64,000 nt of DNA from Eledone cirrhosa. Taxonomy: Eukaryota. The notes under the pieces are model-generated. The model was not told the origin of the DNA. It ran no database searches and saw nothing but the letters and a program-made list of their open reading frames with translations. The stretch is taken from positions 124,001 through 188,000 of the forward strand of contig CAXHJY010000644.1 in NCBI GenBank assembly GCA_964016885.1, read 5' to 3'. Positions 52,501 through 64,000 of this stretch are shown piece by piece (the first letter of the stretch is position 1; each line of letters begins with the position of its first letter). A program made the translations under genes and the position numbers.

Positions 52501-53490
52501 ACGTGGGAAAGTAAGAAATCGGAGAATAGACCGTTAAAACATGTTTATTTAAAACAGCACCTACGTACGTTTCGCCCAGTTGGGCTTCTCAGGGGCATAA
52601 ATAATCAAAAGTGTTCCTTATATTGCTCGGAAAGAGTTTTGGGGGTTAAATCCACATCAAGGTTCATTGCTCGCAAAAATAGCTTGTTTTGATTTTGCAG
52701 CAGGTCAAGGGAGGTAACTCTGGCCGGTGTTAGGGCAGTCTTTCATGGACAAATTTTTTTTTTTTTTTGCCGCATCTGTTTGTCTGAGTCGTTTGAGGCT
52801 GGGTCTGGTATGCAAGGATTGTTTCCTGGGTGTTATTTTGCAGCGCCTTCCCGCCGGGGTGTTAAGACTTGTTGCAGGGAGATCCGGTGCACGGTTTCAC
52901 TCCTCATCCTTAACCCATCTGAAGTAGGATATTTTTAAGCGATGTGTACAACTTATCGCTGTTTCAGCTCTGCTGTTGATGAGCTCGTGGGGTGCAGTTA
53001 TGATGTAGTCGAGCTCCATGAGGCAAAGATTGCATTTCCTCTTGAAGTTGTACGGTGCAGCCCTGCCGACAATCTCCCAGTGCATGGAGAAGCTGATGTT
53101 TAAATCCTTTAGTGATGTCCGCGAGCGAAGTGGAGTGTCTTAGTTTTCTATTTGTGAAAGAGTGGAGATGTGTTCGAAACCTAATTTTGAACGGGCCGGA
53201 GGTAGCCCCTATATAATGTTTAACGCTATTGTGGCTAGTAATAGTGAATTTATATATAACCCTATCAGTCAAGCAGTATCCTCTAAGGGGGCAGCGTCCT
53301 CTGTCGCGGCAGTTGCAATTTCTGTCGCGGTTCCGTCTATTTCCCATGGTAAGGTTATCATTGTTGCTGCTTACGTTGTTACCTACGCTACCGCAGCTGT
53401 CGTTAGCACCATTACAACCCACAGCACGCGAGGTGGTGCGATTGTTATTCCGCACGTCATGTCCTGCATGTTCCCCAGTCTTTCCCGGCG
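52501..53490 (-). mobile_element. PLE 3' fragment (frameshifted GIY-YIG, 3' UTR, hammerhead)
   Basis: CNC..CPLRGYCL..VIY..HYIGATSGPFKIRFRTH..SF; KCNLC..E..CTHR. Confidence 0.85.
52557..52596 (-). ncRNA. Hammerhead-like motif with variant core (CUGAGAA)
   Basis: gccc-CTGAGAA-gccca/ac/tgggc-GAAA-cgtac-GTA-ggtgc. Confidence 0.55.
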
Positions 53491-53764
53491 GGATTTGAAC
53501 TCAAAGTACCAGTAATGCACTGGGATAATTGCTGGCCTTGTGCCAAAAGTAGAAACAATTATTATCTGGTCTTCTTGATTAAATGGTAAACTCTGAAATA
53601 ACTTTCTTCCCAAGAACAAGTGACTGTGTTAACTATTACTCCTGGTTCTACATGAAACGGTATTTCCCGGGGTCGAAGACACTACTTTTTTTTCCTAAAG
53701 TAAGTTTCAAAAATCTACCATGCATCCTGGAGACCGAAGAATGATTATTATTTTTTATTTTAAT

Positions 53765-53942
53765 GGTGGATTGGCAGTATTGGTAGAGGGTCGGACGCCA
53801 TGCTTTGACGTATAGAGTTATGGCCCTTGCCATTCTGAGTTCAAATCCCGCCACGGTTAACTTTGCCTTTCATCCTTACGGGGTCGATAAAATAAAGTAT
53901 CAGTAATGCACTGGCCTTGTGCCTAATGTAGAAACAATTATT
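53765..53942 (+). mobile_element. tRNA-derived SINE
   Basis: A-box-like TGGCAGTATTGG, B box GAGTTCAAATCC, central CTTTGCCTTTCATCCTTACGGGGTCGATAAAAT; fragments also near 45225, 53500 and 56850. Confidence 0.8.
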
Positions 53943-54039
53943 TTTTTATTTTAATTTTTGGTTGTCAAAATTAGGGTGCGTCCTCGAGGACGAAGCGTCT
54001 TCGGAGCCAGAAAATACGGTATATTAGCAAGAGATTCTT

Positions 54040-54260
54040 GTAAAGTTGGAAACAGAACTATTGGATGGTCATTGACTGCTCTCATTTCTTCTGCCCTTTG
54101 ACAGGTTTGGTTTTTCATCCTGAAGGGTAACAAAAAATCGCTCTCCTCACCAAACAAACTTGGTGGGGTTACTGGTTTAGGTGCCAATAACTCAACCATG
54201 CCACGGGTTGTACTGTGTCCCATTCTACCAGTAGCGCTCGAGAGCCACCTGACGTGGTCT
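54040..54260 (-). mobile_element. Diverged RTE 5'-UTR module
   Basis: Similar to 7330-7530 (CCCCACCAAG..TTGGTGAGGAG, AAACCTGTCAAAGGGCA). Confidence 0.65.
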
Positions 54261-54289
54261 TCAATAAAAGAGAAAGTACCCTCTCACCT

Positions 54290-55400
54290 AATCACTTTTA
54301 TCTTCTTTCAACACATGACCCAACCATCTCATTCTACTCCCAACATCTCTCATTGACTCTCTATCTTCTTCAACACATGACCCAGCCATCTCATTCTTCT
54401 TCCCAACATCTCTCACTGACTACTTCCTCAACACATGACCGAGTCATCCCATTCTACGCCCAACATCTCTCACTAACTCTACTTCCTCAACACATGACCA
54501 AGCCATCTCATTCTACTCCCAACATCTCTCACTGACTATCTTCCTCAACACATGACCTAGCCATCTCATTCTTCTTCCCAACATCTCTCACTGACCTCAT
54601 TCTTCTTCCCAACATCTCTCACTGACTACTTCCTCAACACATGACCTAACCCTCTCATTCTATTCCGAACATCTGTCACTGACACTACTTCCTCAACACA
54701 TGACCTAACCATCTCATTCTACTCCCAACATCTCTCACTGACACTACTCCCTCAACACATGACCGAGTCATCCCATTCTACTCCCAACATCTCTCACTGA
54801 CTCTCTACTCCCTCAACACATGACCGAGTCATCCCATTCTACTCCCAACATCTCTCACTGACTCTCTACTCCCTCAACACATGACCGAGCCATCTCATTC
54901 TACTCCCAACATCTCTCACTGACTCTCTACACCCTCAACACAGGACCGAGCCATCTCATTCTACTCCCAACATCTATCAGTAACTCTACTTCCTCAACAG
55001 AGGACCGCGCCATCTCATTCTACTCCCAACATCTGTCACTAACTCTACTTCCTCAACACATGACCAAGCCATCTCATTCTACTGCCAACATCTCTCACTA
55101 CTCTACTTCCTCCACACATGACTGAGCCATCTCATTCTACTCCCAAAATATGTCACTAACTCTCTACTCCCTCAACACATGACCGAGCTATCTCATTCTA
55201 CTCCCAACATCTGTCAGTAACTCTACTTCCTCAACACATGACCTAGCCATCTCATTCTACTCCCAACATCTTTCACTGACTACTTCCTCAACACATGACC
55301 AAGCCATCTCATTCCACTCCCAACATCTCTCACTGACTACTTCCTCAACACATGACCAAGCCATCTCATTCTACTCCCAACATCTCTCACTGACTATTCT
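54290..55400. repeat. ~60-bp minisatellite, roughly 18 copies
   Basis: Unit CCTCAACACATGACC.AGCCATCTCATTCTACTCCCAACATCTCTCACTGAC..CTACTT. Confidence 0.93.
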
Positions 55401-55902
55401 CACCAATCTAAGTAAGAGAGACCTCTACTAAACTTTCTCTACTATACAATCTATGACATCCTACATACAACACAGTCAAATATGTTAATAATAATACACC
55501 TTCTTCACTCGAAAATCCTAATTATAATCAACATCATACTAACCCACTGTAATCATATGCAAATGTAGGCAAAAATATTCTGTTATTCTTTTACTAGTTT
55601 CACTGTTTGGACTTGAGCCAGTTCTTACTCTGGTCAATGTTTTAATATTGATCACTATTGATTGAATAGTTCACTTTGATGATACTCGGTACAGGAACAC
55701 TGCAATCTGGTTCTCATTTACATTAATGTGTTTGCGTATATACACTTATATTTATCTGTTAGAACACGAAAAGTGTGAAACAACAGAATGTTCACTTTTC
55801 GTGTTCTAACATATATGCCTAACTTCATAAATTTTCCAGGGATAGCCGTGGTGGTGGTGATCGTATGTCATTGGCTAATTTTCAACCAATCAGAGTAAGT
55901 GT

Positions 55903-55933
<31 letters not shown>

Positions 55934-57258
55934 CTATTCCCCCTCTCTCTATATATATCTTACGCTTTCGCTTTACACTCCTCCCCTTCAATAACACATT
56001 TCCCCCTCTCTATATATCTCTTCCACTGTTACTTACGCCTGTTTCTCTCTATCTGTTCCGTCTCTATATATATCTCTCTTACTCTTTCGCTTTGCACTCC
56101 TCCCCTTCAATACCATCTCTCCCCCTCTCTATATATTTGTTACTCTATCGCTGCACGCTCCTCTCCTTCAATATATCAATTACACACGCTTTACACTCCT
56201 TTATCCCAGCGCCCCTATATATATACCCCCCCTCCCGCATCTATATTTTAATGTTCCGTTGCACCGTGAATATATGTGTCTATATATATATACATATATA
56301 TTGTATATACACATTCATGTATGTGTATACACACTCATGTATGTATATACACTGGTTTTATGTGTGTATTGTAAATTTGTACTGTTAAAACACGAAACTA
56401 ACATTCGATTGACACTTTGATTACCTGTACAGGCAATAGTTATTAGAATGCTGTTGAAGTGTGTATATATTTTTGGGGGACATCCTGTATATACACACAT
56501 TATATATAATACAATAAACAGATAAATACACACATATATATATGAGCTTATTTAATTATAAATATTGTGAATTTTTAACTCAGTTCAATTATATATATAA
56601 ATGGCTTCTACAGGACTAGAACTGTTTCATTCGAAAGAAATCATCATAATATTGAGAGGGGGGACTAGATAAAATATTTCAAATCAAATGTGTATAAGTT
56701 ATAAGTTAAAATGTATAAATAGAGACGATAGTGGAGGTATATCTGTTTAGTGGAACAGTAGACGATAGAATTAAATACAGACGATAATCTCCCTTTAATG
56801 AAACAGCAGACGATAGAATTAAGGCAATTTAAATTTTAAGCATTTGCATTTTTGCCTTTCATCGTTACGGGGTCGATAAAATAAAGTACCAGTAATACAC
56901 TGTCACTAGACGACTTTCAAATTGAATTGTTGGTTCCATTTCTTTAGTATTTTCAATTGTAGTTATCTACTTAAAAAGCGTTACACGGTTAGAGACATAA
57001 TTCGTAAGTTATATCTTCCCTATTAAACCATTGCATTATTTCGCCTACAATAGAACAAAAATGAAATGTTCTTTAAAGAAACAGGAATATAACTTTATAA
57101 AAAAAAAAGTTGCATCCGCTTCTTTTATCATTGATAATTTTTTCGTTTTAATATTAATTGTTTTTTGTAGTTGTTTATATTAAAAATCTTACTGTAATAT
57201 TTACTTAAACGAAGGCAGACATCTAAACTTATAGATTAATCTTGAGCGAAGGACTAGA

Positions 57259-57335
<77 letters not shown>

Positions 57336-57739
57336 GAAGAATGATAACATTTCAAGCAAAGAGTTTAATTAGGTAATGACTTACACATTTGTTTCAATAT
57401 ATATTTAATATAATATTAATATATTTTGTAATATTATTAACTAATTATTATAATTAGCGCTTCAGGCTTTGTCTATATACTGAAACAAATTTGTAAGTCA
57501 TTACCTAATTAAACTCTTTGCTTGAAATTTTATCACTCTTCGTTTTGAATTTCTCCTAAGTATTCAATACTCTGTTGAGAAATACATTTTACATAAACAG
57601 TCTTTGTACCATTTATACGGTATTAATTACTTATATTTATATATATATATATATATATATAGCGTATGATTAGAACTGTGTTTATTATTAATATTTTAAT
57701 GAATTTAATGAAAAATTTTAGGTGTTCATATATATATTC

Positions 57740-57800
57740 TAAAAATGCGCGAAATCGTGAATCCGCGATAGTTGAACCGCCAAGTAGCGAGGTATCACTG
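57740..57800. mobile_element. Pogo/Tigger-like MITE end
   Basis: Ends CGAGGTATCACTG|TA, the reverse complement of TA|CAGTGATACCTCG; partner TIR not seen. Confidence 0.5.
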
Positions 57801-57828
57801 TATATATGTTTAAATATATAGTGTAGCT

Positions 57829-58293
57829 GTGATGTATCTCGCGAGTGTATCGAGACCTGTCACTGATTTTAGTGTCCCCACTGCCGATGTGAATGAGCAA
57901 CGCTGCACTTGTGAATTGGGTCTTGATGTTGCAGGCAGTTCATATACTTACAATGATGCGGTCCCACAAGCTTGTTCACATTCCTGTGCTAATAATCTAG
58001 ATGGGCGTATTAAATTGGATGTGAAAGCAGCTTACCGGATGCGGAATCGGGAGAAGTTGAGACAAAAACAGGCCGATTATAGAGCTGTGAATTTTGCTAA
58101 ATTAACACAAAAACAGGCCAAGTATAGATGTTCAAAACGGTATGAGTTGGCAAACAAGCAGGCCAAGTATAGATCTGCAAATTCAGCTATTATATCTCAA
58201 AAGCAAGCCGAGCGTAGAGCTTCTAAACGTACCGAGTTGGCTAAAGAGCAGACCGAGTACAGATCTGCAAATATCTTATTGCACAAACAATAA
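57829..58293 (+). CDS. Short ORF with 15-aa basic repeats (KQAxYR), possibly a Helitron N-terminal segment
   Basis: KQADYR, KQAKYR, KQAKYR, KQAERR, EQTEYR at 15-aa spacing; cut off by a SINE. Confidence 0.45.
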   Translation: MMYLASVSRPVTDFSVPTADVNEQRCTCELGLDVAGSSYTYNDAVPQACSHSCANNLDGRIKLDVKAAYRMRNREKLRQKQADYRAVNFAKLTQKQAKYRCSKRYELANKQAKYRSANSAIISQKQAERRASKRTELAKEQTEYRSANILLHKQ

Positions 58294-58308
58294 TTCTGCA
58301 CCATTATT

Positions 58309-58490
58309 TTGGCAGTATTGGTAGAGGGTCGGATGCCATGCTTTCCAGCATAGTTACGTCCCTTTACGATCTGAGTTCAAATCCTGCCGAGGTTGACTTT
58401 GCCTTTCATCCTTACGGGGTAGATAAAATAAAGTACCAGTAATGCACTGGGTAATTGTTGGCCTTGTGCCTAAAGTAGAAACAATTATTA
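58309..58490 (+). mobile_element. tRNA-derived SINE
   Basis: Same family as 53765-53942. Confidence 0.8.
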
Positions 58491-58669
58491 GATCTAATGT
58501 TGCAACGATACAGTTAAATGTTGTCTGTGTATTTTAAAAAAGATTTGCTTATAATCTTTTCAAATTTCATTACGCCAATGATTCAAGCTCAAATTGATAT
58601 TATCTAAAAAATTGTACAAACAGCGGTGGATTAGCAGTAGTGAACAGATAAATCAGTCAATTTATTAAG

Positions 58670-59328
58670 ATTGACTTGGCATCAATCAGCAAGACCTTCA
58701 TTAGCTGCTCTCCAGCCATCTATTTAAAGCTGTATACATCTATGGTACGAATACACTTGGAGTTCGCGTCATCAGTCTGGAACCCCTATCTTGCTCAGAA
58801 CATTGACCTCCTGGAAACTGTTCAGAGACATGCAACCAAGCGCATACCCTCCATCAGACACCTACCATACCCTGAATATTTTGCTTCCCTCTGGCAATGG
58901 ACTTGGTAAACACCCACAAAGTTATTAACCATCCGACCAACAACAACCCCGAACACCTTTTTGATCTCCATGTGTCTAACACGTGGACATGCCTACAAAG
59001 TCAGAAAACAACACAGCTCCCATGACTTTAGGAAATATTTCTTCATGCTCAGAGTTGCTGAAGGATGGAACAAACTTCCTGCATCAGTTGTTAGCTGATG
59101 ACACACTGCATCCTTTAAAACCATCATACATTCCGAAATACACCAAAACTACACCTGATGTCCCCCTTCCATACACATGCACATATGTGTATATCATGAC
59201 TCATGCACTGTTCTTTTTTCCTGACGTTTTTATATTACCCTATGTATTATATATGCACTTTTGATGAGTTGTAGTGCACCTCAGCATTGTACACAATATT
59301 TTCATTATTATTATCATTATTATTATTA
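58670..59328 (+). mobile_element. CR1-like LINE 3' fragment
   Basis: LYTSMVRIHLEFASSVWNPY..LETVQRHATK; NTRGHAYK..FF..RV..WNKLP; (ATT)n tail. Confidence 0.85.
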
Positions 59329-59794
59329 CACTCATTGATCCATTTTGCACTAACTCTGCATCAAGCACCCTCACCTAAATATTTACCAATCAAGGATCCA
59401 ATACAGCTATCTGTTGGATGAGTATTGTATAGTGCCAAAAACGAAACCAATCAGTTTAGCAGAAAGTTTCCAGACAAGAAACACGCATATTTTGCTATCC
59501 TCAAACACGTTTACACATGGCATGAAATATAACTAATCCGAGATGGCTAGGTTTCATCTTCTAACGGATATACGAAATCCATTATGTCTTGACAACAACA
59601 TGAGGTAACATTATGTTATTCACAGACACACTTTGTACACTGTTCCATATCAGAATGTATTTCCTTCGTCACATTCACAAACAGTATTGAAAATATGTTC
59701 TTCAGCAAATAAAAATGTTTTGTTCATAATATTTCAACTAGCGATTGCTCTACTCCACGCACGACCACCATAAATTAATGACCAGCTCAACACA

Positions 59795-59965
59795 AGTATT
59801 GGTAGAGCGTCAGACACCATGCTTTGCAGTATTGTTATGGTCCTTTGCATTCTAAGTTCAAATCCTGCCGAGGTTAACTTCGACTTTCATACTTACTAAT
59901 TCGATAAAATAAAGTACCAGTAATGGACTGCCGTAATGGATTTGTGCCGAAAAATAGAAACACTA
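59795..59965 (+). mobile_element. Diverged tRNA-derived SINE
   Basis: Similar to 53765-53942. Confidence 0.7.
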
Positions 59966-61136
59966 TTAATGTGCAATAAGAGCAAAATATAACGACATTG
60001 CTCAATTATTTTATCTAATGTTGTAATAACACAAGGAAATGTTGTTTGTGTATTTTTTTTTATATTTGCTCATAGGCTTTTACAATTTCGCTCAGCCAAC
60101 AACTATTAAAAAGTGAGTTGCTTAAGATAACAATTTAATCACAAATTGTTGCTATCTTTTAATACACTCCAACAAGTCATCAAATTATGTACAATAAAAA
60201 CAAATCTTATTAATTTGCTCAGGGAATATAAAGAAAATGTATATACACTGATAATTGCAATTGTATGTAAATATTTTGTTTTTGTATTGTTTATTTTATG
60301 TTTTCTATTATGTATAATATATTGATTTAATATTGATTGTTTTTTGTAGTTGTTTATATTAAAAGTCTGAAAATATTTTTATACATCTTACACTAATATT
60401 TATAAGATAATTTATAATAACAATTACATAATCTAATTACATTACAATGATAATTTATTATTAATATATATCCTGTTTAACTAGAGTTATTACAAGCGTT
60501 GCCTTAAAAAAATATTAAACTAGACATGAAAAATGCGCAAGCTCAAAAGTGCCACAGAATGTTATAATAAACCTTCAAAAGTGTGGGACTAGAGTTGTTG
60601 CTAAAAAATATTGTAATCATTATATATCGTACATTCTGTGGCATCCTTTATAAAAATAGCTTAAACCAACGAAGCCTTTATTTTTACGCTATTTCACTTA
60701 GTTAATTCTTAGAGTGTAACATATAAAAATAAATACATCTATGTTTAATGTAATAACAGCTATAAATAATTACGTAATATTATTATCATATACTCATAGT
60801 AACAAAATAATTGTGTTGAAAATTAATATGATGCTTATATGAACGATCAAATCTATAATGATAATTTCTTAAATATACTAATAGTAAAATAATTTAGTTA
60901 TCTATTGTTACATTTTCATAGAACTATAATATTAACAATCGTATTGCATTATCAAATTTTTATCACTACAAACTTTCATATTGGAATTACCTTAAGCCAC
61001 TTATTATTACTTCGCTTTCGTACTTTTACAGCTGTAGATATTGCGCTGTATCTTATATCTAATATCAATATCTCATGGTAATTTGCATGCAGTGTAAAAT
61101 AGGTTTATTAATAACTTTAATATGAAATGTATTATA

Positions 61137-61224
61137 CAGGGCTGCGGAGTCGGCCAAAAATTGACTGGCTCCAACTCAGGATCCGATATTCCATTATTTC
61201 CTAAATTTCAGCTCCGCAGCTCTG
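61137..61224. mobile_element. 88-bp hAT-like MITE
   Basis: TIRs CAGGGCTGCGGAG / CTCCGCAGCTCTG; 8-bp flanks GTATTATA / TTATTATA. Confidence 0.65.
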
Positions 61225-61522
61225 TTATTATATTAATTAATTTATTTTATAGTTGTAAATCATATTTTTATATGTTACACTCTAAGAATTAACTAAGTGA
61301 AATAGCGTAAAAATAAAGGCTTCGTTGGTTTAAGCTATTTTTATAAAGGATGCCACAGAATGTACGATATATAATGATTACAATATTTTTTAGCAACAAC
61401 TCTAGTCCCACACTTTTGAAGGTTTATTATAACATTCTGTGGCACTTTTAAACTTGCGCATTTTTCATGTCTAGTATATTTATGTGTGTATATATATATA
61501 TATATGTGTGTATATATACACA

Positions 61523-61570
<48 letters not shown>

Positions 61571-61900
61571 GGTTTGTAAGTGGTGTGTGTGTTTGTATGC
61601 ATGAATGAGTGTTGGTATGTGAGTGGCGTGTGTGTTATTGTGGTTTGTATGCATGAGTATTGGTGTGTGCGTCGTGTCAATAACTTTGTTTTTTTTTGTT
61701 TTTTTTATGACCATGCTGTAAAATGGAGGGGTAGAGAGGGCCCTTGAGTCTAGTAAGACATCCTCTCTAGTGCTGGTGGCACAAATAAAAGCACCCAGTC
61801 CATGCTGTAAAGTGGCGCTGGTGTTAGGAAGGGCATCCAACCAGTGTATCAATACCAAAACGCTTATCAGCACACCAACAAATAGGAACAACAACAAAAT

Positions 61901-64000
61901 ATGAAGACGTCGCATCTCAGAGTTGCAACACTTAATGTTGGCACTCTCAGAGGTAGATCTGCTGAAATAGCGGAGATGCTGGAGAGAAGGCAGGTGGATG
62001 TGCGCTGCGTGCAAGAGGTGAGATGGAGAGGTGCCTCTGCGAGACTAGTCGTAGGCAAACGTCTTAGCTATAAGCTATTCTGGCTAGGTAAGGATGATGG
62101 GTTAGGGGGAGTAGGCATTTTCCTGGCTGAGAAATGGATCAATAAGACAATAGAGGTAGTTTGAGTTAGTAATCGAATAATTAAGCTTAGATTAGTTGTA
62201 GGTAGGAGACTACTGACAATCATCTCGGCCTATGCTCCCCAAGCAGGCCTAGGCATAGATGAGAAAGACTGCTTTTGTGAGCAACTTTTGCAAACAACCA
62301 CAATGACAGAGGACGGAGACATCGTTATGCTAGCAGGAGACTTCAATGGTCATGTTGGACAGCTCCAGGATGGTTACACTGGGGTACATGGTGGGCACGG
62401 TTACGGTTCAAGAAATGAAGAAGGAGTGAGACTTCTTGAATTTTGTGATGCAGGTACATTGACTATTTGCAACACAAACTTCCAGAAACCTGCCAATCAC
62501 CTAATAACCTACAAATCTGGTGAGCACATAAGCCAGATTGACTTCTTACTAGTTAGGCAGCGGGACAGGCAGATAGTGTCTAATACCAAGGCATACCCTG
62601 GGGAAGAATGTACCCCACAGCATAGGTTAGTTGTTAGGGATATCTCAGTAAGCAAGAGATGGAATGAGACATATAGGAAGGTGTGGAGAAGAAAGGTCTG
62701 GAAGCTAAAAGACCTTTCACTAAAATACAAATTTAGGAAAGCCCTTCAAGATGTATATGATGAAAAAGAAGACGATTTAGAGACGTATGACATAGATAAT
62801 AACTAGAATTTCTTACGTGACAACTTGCTGCAGGCTACTGATGAAACTTGTGGCTGGAGCAGAGCTCCAACCAGACAGAGAGTGACCTGGTGGTGGAACA
62901 GCACAGTAGATAAGGCTATTAGAGACAAAAGACTAGCATGGAAGGCTTGGAAAAAGGGTGGGAGTAGGGAAGAATATACAGCCACTAAGAGAGAAGCTAG
63001 ACGTCAGGTGTACTTAGCACGCAGGGAGGCAGAGAGTAGGAGGTTTGCCAATGTTCTGCGACGGGAAGATCAGAGGCGTGCGGTGTTCCACATTGCAAGG
63101 CAGTGTGTCAATGCAAATCAGGATGTTGTTGGAAATAAATGTGTCCGGGATGATGCCGGTGTACTTAGTGTCACGAATGATCAGAAAAAGGAGGCCTGGA
63201 ATTGTCATTATGAGAGACTGATGAATGTGGAGAACAAATGGGAGAGAGAGAAATTACCCTTGGTAGATCCGACAGAGGGACCAGTTATTGAGATTGACGA
63301 ATATAGGGTCCAAGAGGCGATTAGGGAAATGAAAAATGGTAAGGCTGCCGGATCATCGGGAATAGTTGCTGAGATGCTGAAGGCATCAGGGGACGAAGGC
63401 ACTAAACTGGTTGCACGCATCATCAATCAGGCTATATATGGTGGTGTCATACCCAAAGACTGGTGCAGCAGTATTCTCATAAATTGCTACAAAGGTAAAG
63501 GGGATGCTCTGGAGAGGAGCAATTATAGGGGTATAAAACTGATAGATCAGGTTATGAAAGTGGCAGAAAGGATTTTAGCACTAATTAGAGAAAGGGTCAA
63601 ACTAGATGAGATGCAGTTTGGTTTTGTGCCTGGGAAGAGTACAACAGATGCCCTCTTCTTGGTGAGACAATTGCAAGAGTGGTTCTTAGAGAAGAATAAG
63701 CCACTATACTTAGCCTTTGTTGACCTAGAGAAGGCCTTTGATAGGGTACACCGATCTGTCATCTGGTAGTCCCTAAGGAAGATAGGTATTGAGGAATGGC
63801 TTGTGAGGACAGTGCAAACTTTATACAGAGGTACTCTCAGTAAAGTCAGGGTAGGAATGGAGTTTAGTGAGGAATTCCAGATACAAGTAGGAGTACATCA
63901 GGGTTCGGTCCTCAGCCCGATCTTGTTCATTATAGTCTTCCAAGCCATAACAGAGGAGTTTAAGACTGGCTATCCATGGGAACTTCTCTATGCTGACGAT
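61901..64000 (+). pseudogene. RTE LINE family D APE-RT ORF with premature stops, running off the window end
   Basis: [36 protein letters not shown]; stops at about 62162, 62804 and 63767. Confidence 0.92.

Larger units (their letters stand above)
55755..61474 (+). mobile_element. Non-autonomous sister of the 38266-46270 element, containing nested SINE, CR1 and MITE pieces
   Basis: A|TC 5' end with 19-bp hairpin; shares first 1.6 kb and last 187 bp (..CTAG|T) with the left element. Confidence 0.65.

Noticed and set aside
54290-55400. Possible CRISPR-like array
   Set aside because: Contiguous degenerate ~60-bp units with no unique spacers, no cas genes, eukaryotic context

Overview
Eukaryotic, gene-free and almost entirely transposon-derived DNA. 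The dense (TA/TACA/TG)n microsatellites and the SINE/RTE repertoire suggest an invertebrate, possibly a cephalopod (inference). Nearly all I/Y/H/T/C/V-rich ORFs in the track are microsatellite artefacts. Real content: (1) RTE-clade LINEs of four families, including an intact 1039-aa APE-RT(+PHD) copy with two near-identical siblings; (2) at least six Penelope-like element (PLE) pieces with inverted 3' arms and type I hammerhead ribozymes; (3) canonical Helitron derivatives; (4) a Helentron-type Rep-PIF1 ORF fused to a USP/C19 protease, inside a TC...CTAG-bounded element that forms a 23-kb head-to-head palindrome with a non-autonomous sister; (5) four non-coding 490-610 bp partial-tandem elements at microsatellites that look like retrozymes. 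The best candidate for an undescribed system is in two of these tandem families (24750-26427 and 46596-47527). They share a ~100-nt RNA motif with all hammerhead core nucleotides, but its strands are in a non-canonical order, with six helices supported by compensatory changes. All alignments and folds were done by eye.
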